Shown one piece after another: positions 1 through 9,635 of a DNA stretch of 64,000 nucleotides (the stretch's first letter is position 1; each line of letters opens with the position of its first letter). The stretch comes from an uncultured Candidatus Binatia bacterium (GTDB lineage Bacteria; Desulfobacterota; Binatia; Bin18): positions 896,001 to 960,000 of the forward strand of contig OZ243961.1 in NCBI GenBank assembly GCA_965214605.1, written 5' to 3'. Both the position numbers and the translations under genes were made by a program. Below the pieces are notes generated by a model, which saw nothing but the letters and a program-made list of their open reading frames with translations, searched no databases and was not told where the DNA came from.

Positions 1-2282
1 AGGCTGTTGAGGTACTGACAGCAAGGTTCGATTCCCTCTATACGGGGTCCTTCGTCCAGCTTTCTTGACCGCCATCCAAGCCCAATCCGCGATAGCGCGT
101 CATCAATCTTGGAGATCACAATCGGTTTGCCCCGCGCTTTGCGGGCAACGAAATTCCGAAATTCTCGGGCGGAGAATAGATGCATGTCGCGGGCCCACTG
201 GTCCGGGACGATCTGCTGGACGAGGGAATTAAATATCTCGGGCGAATGGTCTTCGCTGGACAATCGGCAGGTGCCTGACACGAATGCTTCGACGAGCAAG
301 CTTTCGGCCATGTTCTCGGGTACGCGAAACGAGGCTAGGAAACCGTCGTGAGCTGTGACACGTACAACGTGATCGTCGACGTTGATTTCAAGTAGTGCTT
401 TGGCCTGAGCGCGCAAGGGAATTGGTATTGCTTGGTCTGTAGGATCCCTATCTTCGAACCGACATATCCATGCAATAGGACCTTCTGGCAATGACCGAAT
501 CTTCTCCTCGATAACCCTTGCTGAGCGTTCGAGCCAGGTAGCGAGGGCGTGCCACAGTGGGAAATGAAGATCGCGATCCGTCGAGTTTGGTATTTCCACT
601 GTGATCCACCAACCGCGTGAGTTGGTTTCGCACACTGCCACGAGCCGTTGCTGGTCGAGGTCGTCGAGACTGACGTAGAGCGGAGCGTTCTCATCTTCTT
701 CGAAAAATGAGCTCTCATCCAATCGTCGAACTCTGACGGTTCGCTTGTCCCACGTCCGTGCGCGGTGGATATCGCTGCTCTTAGCGCCTTTCTTGCGGAC
801 TTCGAGCAGACTGTTCGGTTTAACAACGATCATGGACGGCTTGCCAGCTAAGTCGTCCGGCAGCTGGCCGTGAGGGATGAGATGACCTTCGAGTGATTCG
901 GACCAGGCATAGAGGTTCAGTAGGCCGTTGACATTCATGAGACGAACGCCGATCTGGGCAAGGCGGGCCTGCATATCAAGCAAGCTCCAGAGGTTCAACG
1001 GAGAAAAGCTCGATGCCCAACTCATTGAAATTAGGTCCGGCGCCGAAACTGACTCGACCCGCCAGCGTCGGTCCTCAACGCTTTCGAACTCACACATCAT
1101 CGGCCGACCCCAGGGACATAGGACGATCAACGACAATCCCGCGCGAAAGCGTGGCTTGGAAGAGTAAGCCTGCTGTATTTGAGCGATGCTAGTCTTTATC
1201 GCTCTACTGAAGCGACTAGGGTCAGGATTTAGGCCAACCACTCCAGTCAGATCGTAGTGAACGAAACTGTCGACGACAAAACAAATATGTAGCAATCGGC
1301 CTTCGTCGACCCAATCGGCTGCATTGGCGAAGAACACGCCGCCCAGCTTCTGGAATGGCAGCGGTGGCGCGAGGTCACCGCCGAGGAGAGGAACATTTCT
1401 GAAGGTCTCTGCGAATTCGTTCACGTAAACCCGATAGAGTTGCTCTTCGTATCCATTAGATAGGCAGAATTCAATGACCATCCGGCGAACCGCCATTGAG
1501 ACGGCCGCTGGAAGCGTAAGGTAGAGATCACCGCCAATCGCGAGAAGCGGACGCCGCTCGAGCGAGGAATGGCCGTAGCTCTCACGACGCAATCGATCAC
1601 GATCCTGTCTGTCCAGGATAAACGTCTCAATGTCTTCGCGTGCGATGCCCAGGCGGGCTAAATCGTTCTCGCGAAAAACAACGCGTTCTTTTGCTATCCC
1701 TCCCCGACGGACGAGACTCTTGGCCACGCTGCGAATAGGTTTCGTGTCGCCCACAGCGAACGCTGGGATTCCGGAACGTTTGATGGTTTCATCAGACAGT
1801 GTGAGAAGAGCGTACGCCGCACGCCTAAGGCCAGCAAACGGCTCCTGGGACGGCATATTGTCTAGCACATTGATGAAGCATTGTAGATAGAACGCCGAGC
1901 TTTCGTACAGCCCCTGGAATATCAGGAAGTCCCGATTGCTGGTGGACACGCGCGACACGAAGACATCCTCTGCGGGGTCTTCCATTTGGCCAGCCCAACC
2001 TTCTCCAAGTGTTTCGAGCCAAGACGTCAGCGAGCATGTGAGCGGCGTTAGCTCGCCGCGCGCGTTCGCGACGGCGAGATGTTGAAGAAGCTCGAGGCGA
2101 ACCGCACTTGCCTGAAACTCAGGCATAGTGAACAGGCCAGCGATAAAAGAGGTGAGCGACGATAGCTTGTACTTCCTTAATGAGCGCGCCAGCTTTCGAT
2201 GCGCTTTAAAGAGACGCGAATACGTGGAGCTGGCCAACGGGTCTTCTTCTGGGTGGTACAGACTTTCGATGTGTTTGGTCAC
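1..2282 (-). CDS. Large hypothetical protein (>=760 aa), partial, runs off the left edge; absent from the ORF track
   Basis: Manual translation gives a stop-free frame from GTG 2282 to base 1 (...QMEDPAEDVFVSRV...IFQGLYESSAFYLQ...SLERRPLL...NVNGLLNLYAW...). Start codon uncertain. Confidence 0.75.
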   Translation of the reverse strand, partial: MTKHIESLYHPEEDPLASSTYSRLFKAHRKLARSLRKYKLSSLTSFIAGLFTMPEFQASAVRLELLQHLAVANARGELTPLTCSLTSWLETLGEGWAGQMEDPAEDVFVSRVSTSNRDFLIFQGLYESSAFYLQCFINVLDNMPSQEPFAGLRRAAYALLTLSDETIKRSGIPAFAVGDTKPIRSVAKSLVRRGGIAKERVVFRENDLARLGIAREDIETFILDRQDRDRLRRESYGHSSLERRPLLAIGGDLYLTLPAAVSMAVRRMVIEFCLSNGYEEQLYRVYVNEFAETFRNVPLLGGDLAPPLPFQKLGGVFFANAADWVDEGRLLHICFVVDSFVHYDLTGVVGLNPDPSRFSRAIKTSIAQIQQAYSSKPRFRAGLSLIVLCPWGRPMMCEFESVEDRRWRVESVSAPDLISMSWASSFSPLNLWSLLDMQARLAQIGVRLMNVNGLLNLYAWSESLEGHLIPHGQLPDDLAGKPSMIVVKPNSLLEVRKKGAKSSDIHRARTWDKRTVRVRRLDESSFFEEDENAPLYVSLDDLDQQRLVAVCETNSRGWWITVEIPNSTDRDLHFPLWHALATWLERSARVIEEKIRSLPEGPIAWICRFEDRDPTDQAIPIPLRAQAKALLEINVDDHVVRVTAHDGFLASFRVPENMAESLLVEAFVSGTCRLSSEDHSPEIFNSLVQQIVPDQWARDMHLFSAREFRNFVARKARGKPIVISKIDDALSRIGLGWRSRKLDEGPRIEGIEPCCQYLNS

Positions 2283-3055
2283 AGCTCCCAGTATCAGCTT
2301 TAGGCGGTACAAGCAATAAAATCGCGGCTCCGGTGAGTGAGTTCCTAAATCTGAAGGACCTCCCGCAAGCGTCTCGCTGCTTTGTGTCGGCGCTCACCCA
2401 TTTCTTGAGCGTCACCGGCCTGGACCAGTGGTGACACTCGAACCAGGCCGGCAACTTGGGACCGTGTCTGCCGAACAGGACAGCCTCGCGCTGTCCGAAC
2501 GCCAGGTAGTGTGGGTAACCGCGCAGCTCGATGGCGGTGATTCCGCCTGGGTGAAGGTCAAGACCCAGCTGAATCTGCAGCACGTGGACGGCTCCGGCCC
2601 GGTCCACCGTCGCGTCGGTTCGCTTGTAGGCACTCTGACCCAACCGTTCCAGCCCAGCCGGACTGGATGTACTTATCCGCAAGCCGACGGCCGACGCCTC
2701 TGCTGCTCAGCTAGCGCAGCGTGCCGGCTGTTCGTGGCGGCCACTGCTGTAGCAATTGGTTTATTTTCGAGCTCATGCGACAACCAATCGGCGACTATCA
2801 AGCCTCAAAATGAACTAAGTGTGAAGATTTCAGTACGGAGTTCAAATAAACGCCAGATTATGCCTAAACGACGACAATCTGGCGTGGAGCCGAGCTGGCC
2901 TCGGCAGCCCCTCAAGATCGACACCCGTATGTCGGGACGCCAGGTCGATCCAGCGACGAGCCGCGCAACTTCCACGGGCAGCGCTAGGCGGCGAAGTCAC
3001 CTAGCGCGGGCGGGATGACACCAGTGTCAGGAAGTTGCTTTGAGGCGGTCGGACG

Positions 3056-3763
3056 TCAGCCACTGCGAAGGGCCCGACACCTTTTGCAGCTTCTTGAGGG
3101 TGGCGAGCGCCTGCTGTGAAAGCAGAGGCACCCAGACGGGAAATCGCGCGTGCTAGTCCAGCCATTCCTGTGGAAACGTCGTAGTCGGTCAGGCAAATGT
3201 ATTCTCCGTTGACGTACCGCGCCTCCGCTTCCCCGGACATCTCGATGACGGCGAGGCCGATCGCTGCTGTCCCGATGTGGGTCACCGTGCAGCGCATTGG
3301 CGACCACAGGTCGGTATGGTGGTGACGCTTTCCCGGATTCTCGCTTTCGTCGCCCTTCGCGCGGTGGAATTGCTCGGAGTTGGGCGTGCTGACCACACGA
3401 TGGCCGCGTTTTTCCAAGGCCAGGAAGAATTGCGTTGGCAAAGGCGAGAGCCTCGTCCAACCCTGTCTTGGTCACGGCCAGGTTACCGAGCAGTTTCTTG
3501 GCCGACTTGAGGTATCCGCCGTGCCAGGAGACGCGACCGGCTGCCGGCTTCGCCCACCAGCCATACTCCGGCCGCGGCACGTTGAGCAGCATGCAGACCC
3601 GGGCCATGTAGTTCAACGAAACGCCGAATCGGGCCGCGACCTTGAGCATGGGCTCGGAGCAGACTAGTTCGTACAGCGCTTCTCGGCCGACAGGCCTCTC
3701 GCCGTGATTAACCAGTGGTGTGGGGATCTCCGTGGTGTCCCGTTCCTCTGTCACGATGCTCAA
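3056..3763 (-). pseudogene. Degraded integrative-element-associated hypothetical protein (N-terminal HTH-like)
   Basis: REALYELVCSEPMLKVAARFGVS..YMARVC.LLNVPRPEYGWWAK motif; continuation is in another frame (3001-3441). Confidence 0.5.
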
Positions 3764-3943
3764 TCAACCCCAATCTCAAGATTCCTCCCCGAGGGGTCGC
3801 CTGACGGATTGCTCCAGCCAGACTGCTCTCTGGTTCGAAACGCCGCGGGTCCGGTCTGCCAGAGGTCGCGAGGGTGGGATGTTACGCCGATCAATGATAC
3901 AAATCCTCGGAGTATAGGATCTACACATCAAGTATTTGTATCA

Positions 3944-4561
3944 ATGGAGAAACGGCGCTCGCAGCGCGAGCTGGCACAGGCCCTTCTAAGAGAACGGGGA
4001 ATCCTACGGTTAGCCGAGTTGCGCGAGGCCGGCGTGACCGCTGCGACGACGAGTCGTATGGAGCGGGCCGGTGAGGTCGTCCGTCTGTCGCGGGGAGTCT
4101 ATCAGCTGTCCGACGTTGAGCTGGACCCGAACCACAGCTTGGCGGAAGCCGCAAAGCGGGTACCGAAGGGGGTCGTCTGCCTCGTTTCGGCCCTAGCGTT
4201 TCACGGCCTAACGGACCAACTGTCGCCCAAAGTCTGGATGGCGATCGGACCGAGGGCCTGGGCACCGCAGCGCGACGGCACGCCCATTCGCCTCGTCCGC
4301 TTCACCGATAGTCTGCTGAGAGAGAGCTTTGAGACGCATGTGATCGAAGGCGTTGCGGTCAAAATCTTCGGAGCCGCTAGAACAGTGGCGGACTGCTTCC
4401 GGCATCGCGGCAAGGTCGGTCTGTCCGTCGCAATCGAAGGACTTCGGGAGGCTCTGAGACAGCGCAAGACAACCCCCGCGGAAATCGCTCGCCAAGCCGA
4501 AAAGGGCGGGGTTTCGACGGTGCTCAGGCCGTATCTTGAGGCGCTGACCGCCAATGCCTAG
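3944..4561 (+). CDS. abiEi: Type IV TA antitoxin, AbiEi family
   Basis: N-terminal wHTH (RLSRGVY), VCLVSALAFHGLT, RTVADCFRHR; overlaps the start of the AbiEii gene; ATG at 3944. Confidence 0.85.
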   Translation: MEKRRSQRELAQALLRERGILRLAELREAGVTAATTSRMERAGEVVRLSRGVYQLSDVELDPNHSLAEAAKRVPKGVVCLVSALAFHGLTDQLSPKVWMAIGPRAWAPQRDGTPIRLVRFTDSLLRESFETHVIEGVAVKIFGAARTVADCFRHRGKVGLSVAIEGLREALRQRKTTPAEIARQAEKGGVSTVLRPYLEALTANA

Positions 4562-5369
4562 AGAGATCAGGAATATCGGCGCCTCCATACGCGCCCGCCG
4601 GCAAAATCTCTCCAGAGAAACGGGTCAGAGCTTCGAACTGATACTGACTCGCTACGCACTCGAAAGGCTCCTCCATCGCCTCAGCACGTCTGCCTATGCC
4701 GAGCGATCCGTGCTCAAGGACGCAATACCGCTCACGAGTTGGTCCGAGGCTCCACACCGTGCCACGCGCGATCTTGACCTCGCAGGCTTCTGCGATCCAA
4801 GCCCCGACGCGATGGTCGCCGTGTTCAAGGAAACCCTCGGCGGCGGACGTCGCCGACGGCGTCGAGTTCGATTTGGACGCACTTCGCGTCAACCCAGATC
4901 CGGGGGGAACTCAAGTACAGCGGACTACGGTTGCGTACGACAGCGTCGATCAGAGGTCATCGACTATCCGTCTGTGCTCGACCTTCCGAAACCGCGCCTG
5001 CGGGCCTATGTCCGAGAAACGGTGATTGCAGAGAAGTTCCAGGCTATGATTGCACTGGGACACGCAAACAGCCGAATGAAGGATTTCTACGACATTTGGC
5101 TCCTCAGCCGATCGTTCCTTTTCGACGACGATCGGCTGGCGCGCGCAATCGCCGCAACCTTTGAACGACGTGGGACGGAGATTCCAGATGCGCTCATCCC
5201 AGGATTCGCTGAAGATGAGCAGAAGCAGCGTCAGTCGAACGCCTTTCTGGAAAACGTGGTCCTCGATCCCGGCAGCCTCGCCAATGTGATTGCGACGGTT
5301 TCCGAGTTCATTATGCCGCATGCGATGTCGGCAGCAGAGTTAAAGCGGGGCAGTGAGCCTAGTGGTTAA
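4554..5369 (+). pseudogene. abiEii: AbiEii nucleotidyltransferase toxin, degraded
   Basis: YALERLLHRLS, RATRDLD, ETVIAEKFQAM, SRMKDFYD present; LKG changed to LKD, middle segment is out of frame and the DIGFGD region is missing. Confidence 0.75.
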
Positions 5370-5589
5370 CCTGAGAGCCCTGAGAACGAAGAACGATCGT
5401 TGCAGACAACGAAACCTCCCTTGATCTTCTCTATTACGAGGCTATCGCGCCCACGATAATACGCCTGATCAACGAGAAATCTGACGAACCGTTAACAGTG
5501 GGGTGTGCACGGCGTTGGGGGCCGGGAAAATCAAGCGTGCTTATGATGAATGGTGCAGGAGGCATTCGCCAGACAGGACCACGTGCTCC

Positions 5590-6330
5590 GCGTGCGTTTC
5601 AGCTGAAAGACGAGAATATGATATTTGCGGCGGAAGAGCCAGAGATTGCTCTTCCGCCGTACCCGCAAAGACGAATTACGAACTACCTGATCGAAAACAC
5701 GGCCCCTTCGAATCCGCTCGTATCACGTTGCTGAGACGTAGTGATGAGACAGAAGTCGCCAGCAACGCGGTGAGCCTCGGCAACATGAAGGCGAAGACGT
5801 ATCGCAGCGAGGGCTCGCCGAGGCGATCTGGGCCAAGGAGTGGTGATCGCCGAAGGCTTGACCGAACAGCTCAGCCTCGCAGCGGTGGCCGACAAGACGT
5901 GCTCTGCTGACGATGAGTGCTATCCGCTTGACCTCTCTCCGTGACCCTAATCTCTGCGGATGGCGACGGGAATACCTCTGAGCCGGGAGGGTTTTTCGTC
6001 GCTCTCGGGCTACCGACCTTTGCCTTCCTCGACAATAAGAAACGGCCCGCCAAAGAGGCACCAGCTTTGGCTGATGCGGGATTCAGACTTTTGTGTGAAA
6101 TCCCCTTCCCAGGGATGGAGGAACTACTCGCATCCGAGGTCCCTCTGGAACATCAATGGGAATATCTGTCTTTCCTGTACGACGAGGAGTTGGTGCCAAA
6201 GGCTGGGAGCCCCGTTGATCGCCCTGATGATGACACGGTCCGCTCGCTCACCAGAAACGTTCTCAAGGACTATACGGGGATGGGGGCGCGCCGCTGAGTT
6301 GATTGAGCTTTCAGGAGATGTCGAAAGAAA
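5590..6330 (+). pseudogene. OLD-family ATP-dependent nuclease (ABC-ATPase plus TOPRIM) fragments
   Basis: IFAAEEPEIALPPYPQRRI (Walker B region), then GVVIAEGLTEQ-like TOPRIM motif and FAFLD in shifting frames. Confidence 0.6.
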
Positions 6331-6419
6331 TCATCACCATAATGAAGACCTGCTGCGAGTCGGGCCAGTCCCAGCGCAGCCAGAGGCAATGACCGGCTGC
6401 GCCAGCACCGCGGGAAGAT

Positions 6420-7125
6420 TCTTAAGTTTGCTCCCGAGGGGCGGCGCCGGGTCAAGGAGCAGATAAAAAATGGGCTCTTTTGAATACTATCAGACCTCGT
6501 TCAGCTACCAGATCAGCGAGACCGACGAAGAAAATTTCGTCGGGGTACCCGAGCAGGGCGGCAAGGACTTGATCTCGCCCGACCCATTGGCGCCCGGAAC
6601 CATCTACAGCGCCTTGGTGAGCGGCGATGGCACAGCCGGCATGTACCGTCTAGAGATCGCTACCTCGTCTGGTAGCGGCAAGCTTAAGCTGGCCGGCGGC
6701 GTCTCTGGTGCAATGAAGGAATCAATCAACCGCACCTTCAGCTATCTGCTCGCCAACAAGGAGGCCTTTGGTGTCGCCCGCGAGGTCGACACGTTCGACT
6801 TCCATGCAGAGGTCCTCGACCTCTTTAGCAACAAGGTAGAGGCCGAGCTCGGTGTCGCCTTCTTCCTCGCCGCATACTCGGTCTCCCCGCAGCCCAGGCT
6901 TCTAGTCCTCGGCGACATGAGCGTCCAGGGCAACGTGAAGACCGTCCAGTCGCTCACCGAGCCGCTGCAGGTCGTCATGGACAACGGCGCCAAGCACGCC
7001 CTTATCCCCATTAAGAATAAACGCCGGTTCTTCGAAGTGCCCCCCGACGTCTTCGAACACGCCGACCCCATTTTTATGGCGACCTTCGTCAGGCTGCATT
7101 CAAGGCGTTGGGGTTGGCCCAACGA
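6420..7125 (+). pseudogene. brxL: 3' remnant of BREX Lon-like protease BrxL
   Basis: EGRRRVKEQIKK/MGSFEYYQTSFSY, FVGVPEQGG, VLGDMSVQGN, DNGAKHALIP; N-terminal part absent, frameshifts near both ends. Confidence 0.75.
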
Positions 7126-7152
7126 AATTGGCACAGGGAGGGACCTTGTTCG

Positions 7153-9255
7153 ATGAGGATCAACCAGCTCGCAACGAAGGAGAACCTTAAGTTGGCTTGG
7201 CGGCGAATCACGACCGGCAGCAACCGCCCATACAAATCTTTCTATCGATTGATCTATTACGCGTACGAGGTCGCGCTTGATGCGAATCTATCTGACCTTC
7301 GGCAACGCCTGATCGGTGGTGCTTTCGAACCGCGCCACCCGGAGCGCATCTACATGCCGAAGGCATCGGGCCTTCATCGGCCGCTTGCACTGCTCAACAT
7401 CGAGGATCAGATCGTCCTTCAGGCGTTCGCGAACCTCGCAGCAAAGCGAATGCACAAGAAGCGCGCTCCACTTCAGTTCGAGGTTGTGTTCAGCAATATC
7501 CTTCAGAAACCGGATAGCATCTTCTTCTTCCAGCGCTGGCAGTACACGTACGGGGCGTTTCAGCGACAGATCAAGAAACATTATGCGGACGGAATGCGAT
7601 GGGTCGGCGACTTTGACCTTGCCGCATTCTACGACACCATTTCTCACGAGCTTCTTCTCAGGACTATCTATCCACGCACGAAGCACGACGCCCTGCCTTG
7701 GATCGCGAAGTGTTTGAAGACGTGGAGCTCCGACCAGGCAGCCTCCGGACACGGGCATGGGTTGCCTCAGGGCCCGCTCGCATCCGACTTCCTTGCTGAG
7801 TGCTTTCTCCTTCCCATAGACTTCGCATTGCAGAAACGCCGGGGCTATACGAGGTACGTCGACGACGTACGGCTCTTTGGCACAACAGAGGATGAGGTTC
7901 GCGCCGATCTGATAGAGCTCGAAAATCATTGTAGAGAGCGGGGTCTCATCCCGCAGACCGGCAAGTTCGCGGTCAGGCGTGCTCACAAGGTGCAGGACGC
8001 GCTGGGGATGCTGCCTAGCATCTCTGACCCACAACATGAAGAAGCTGGGAAGGAAAAAATCAATAAGAAGCAAGCACTCGACGCCTTTCGCTCTGCAATT
8101 GGGGGGAAACCGTACCGAGTGATCGACAAGACTAGACTTCGGTTCGTTCTCTACCGTGCGGAGCCGGATACGGATTTGCTTGAGCTGGTTCTACGTCTGC
8201 TCCCGCGTCACCCCGAGCATGCAGATGCTTTCTTCGCCTACCTCGGCCAATTCGGTTACCGGAAGCCGATCGAGCGACTCTGCCTTGATCTCGTTCGGAG
8301 CAATCCGTATCCATACGTTCGCGGAGAAGCGTGGCATGTGCTGGCGAAGTACATCCGCAAATCAAGGTCAGAGGCCGCGAGCAATCTCCGAGCCCTTACA
8401 GACCGCGCGGTGAACATCGCCAAAAATAAATCCCAGGAGAGCTTCATGGAGAAGTGGGGAGGCTGTCACTTCTTGTGCGTCTCGGAAGAACTGACCGCAC
8501 GACGTCACAGTGGACGGCTGAGGAAACAAGCAGCGTTGTTGCAATCGCTATTGGCGCCTGTTCTTCCGGATAGTGCTTTTGGAAAGGGCGGGGTCGTCAG
8601 GACGTTTCTTTCGCATAGCAGCCCGGAGCCTGGACTCTCGGTTTGCTCTGCCCTGTATGAGCGCGGCCTGATGCCATCTTCGTTCGGATTGAAAGTCGCG
8701 GAACTTCCCTCCCAAGTGGCCCATACGCTCCGAGAGCTGAGGGTGATCTCGTCGCCGCCGGGCCCGAAAGTTGATCCCATTTCTGAGATTCTAAGCGCCC
8801 GATACAGGGTGCCACAAGGCAAGTCGTGGCGCACGCTGTTGGCGGCCGAGTATGTCCATGCACTCGGCCTTCTGAAGCAGGCTGAGGCGGTCTTCGACAG
8901 CGGGCGTTCGTTCTGGTTGGCATGTCAGAATTCGTTCAATCAGACCGTATTCTTGGCTTTGCAGCGTCACCTGTCCGCGACGAGGCACCCAGCGGCTTGC
9001 GAGACGGTCGATAAGAAAGGGCGGGTGGTCGATTTCGGTGTGACGCTGGTCGCCAACGGACCTTTCTCGAAGAGCTGTCCGACGATCGGTGACTGCTTCC
9101 GCGACATGAACACGCGTCGCAATCATCTACCGGTCTCGCACCCCTACGAGAAGAAGACCGCAGCTCGATCGCGTCACCTCAAGAAGCGAGAGAGGGACCA
9201 ATTTGTTGACAAATTGCGCACAGCCTACGCACATTTTGTCGCGCTAATGCCTTGA
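7153..9255 (+). CDS. Reverse transcriptase (Abi/UG defence-type) with a long helical C-terminus and HEPN-like motif, 700 aa
   Basis: PKASGLHRPL, DFDLAAFYDTISH, GLPQGPLAS, RYVDD; C-terminal RRNHLPVSH; GGGAGGG RBS upstream of ATG 7153. Confidence 0.88.
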   Translation: MRINQLATKENLKLAWRRITTGSNRPYKSFYRLIYYAYEVALDANLSDLRQRLIGGAFEPRHPERIYMPKASGLHRPLALLNIEDQIVLQAFANLAAKRMHKKRAPLQFEVVFSNILQKPDSIFFFQRWQYTYGAFQRQIKKHYADGMRWVGDFDLAAFYDTISHELLLRTIYPRTKHDALPWIAKCLKTWSSDQAASGHGHGLPQGPLASDFLAECFLLPIDFALQKRRGYTRYVDDVRLFGTTEDEVRADLIELENHCRERGLIPQTGKFAVRRAHKVQDALGMLPSISDPQHEEAGKEKINKKQALDAFRSAIGGKPYRVIDKTRLRFVLYRAEPDTDLLELVLRLLPRHPEHADAFFAYLGQFGYRKPIERLCLDLVRSNPYPYVRGEAWHVLAKYIRKSRSEAASNLRALTDRAVNIAKNKSQESFMEKWGGCHFLCVSEELTARRHSGRLRKQAALLQSLLAPVLPDSAFGKGGVVRTFLSHSSPEPGLSVCSALYERGLMPSSFGLKVAELPSQVAHTLRELRVISSPPGPKVDPISEILSARYRVPQGKSWRTLLAAEYVHALGLLKQAEAVFDSGRSFWLACQNSFNQTVFLALQRHLSATRHPAACETVDKKGRVVDFGVTLVANGPFSKSCPTIGDCFRDMNTRRNHLPVSHPYEKKTAARSRHLKKRERDQFVDKLRTAYAHFVALMP

Positions 9256-9635
9256 TGCAGGTTTCCCGTCGTGTCGTAGTTTTACCTTGCAGTTTCCGCC
9301 GACGGTGCTTGAGGCGCCGCGAAGTAAGGCCGAGCTATCGCTGGGATTGACAACGGAAAACTCAAATACCTTACTTCCATACAGAATTTGTTGATGACGA
9401 TTCGGGCACCTTCTGGAACAAGCGGCCGATTATTGGACGCCCCTTCGGTGCGGGTAGTCATCCATGTTTTGACCTGCTGTCATCCCTAAGCCGTCACCTG
9501 TGCTTCGCGACCTCGGCGGTCGCCGCCTCTGGCGCGAATTTCAAAGCTATCCCTGTTGTGACTCTCGGCCTCTATGTACCCCACTGATATACGAAGTCCA
9601 TCAGATCAGCGATTGGGGGTTTCGGAATCGCTTAC

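Noticed and set aside
25-36. GGTTCGATTCCC resembling a tRNA/tmRNA T-loop (possible att site)
   Set aside because: No acceptor stem or CCA, opposite orientation to ssrA, and it lies inside a long open frame.
7153-9255. RT as retron, group II intron, DGR or CRISPR RT-Cas1
   Set aside because: No VTG motif or upstream msr-msd space, no maturase/intron ends, no TR/VR pair seen, no Cas1 domain.
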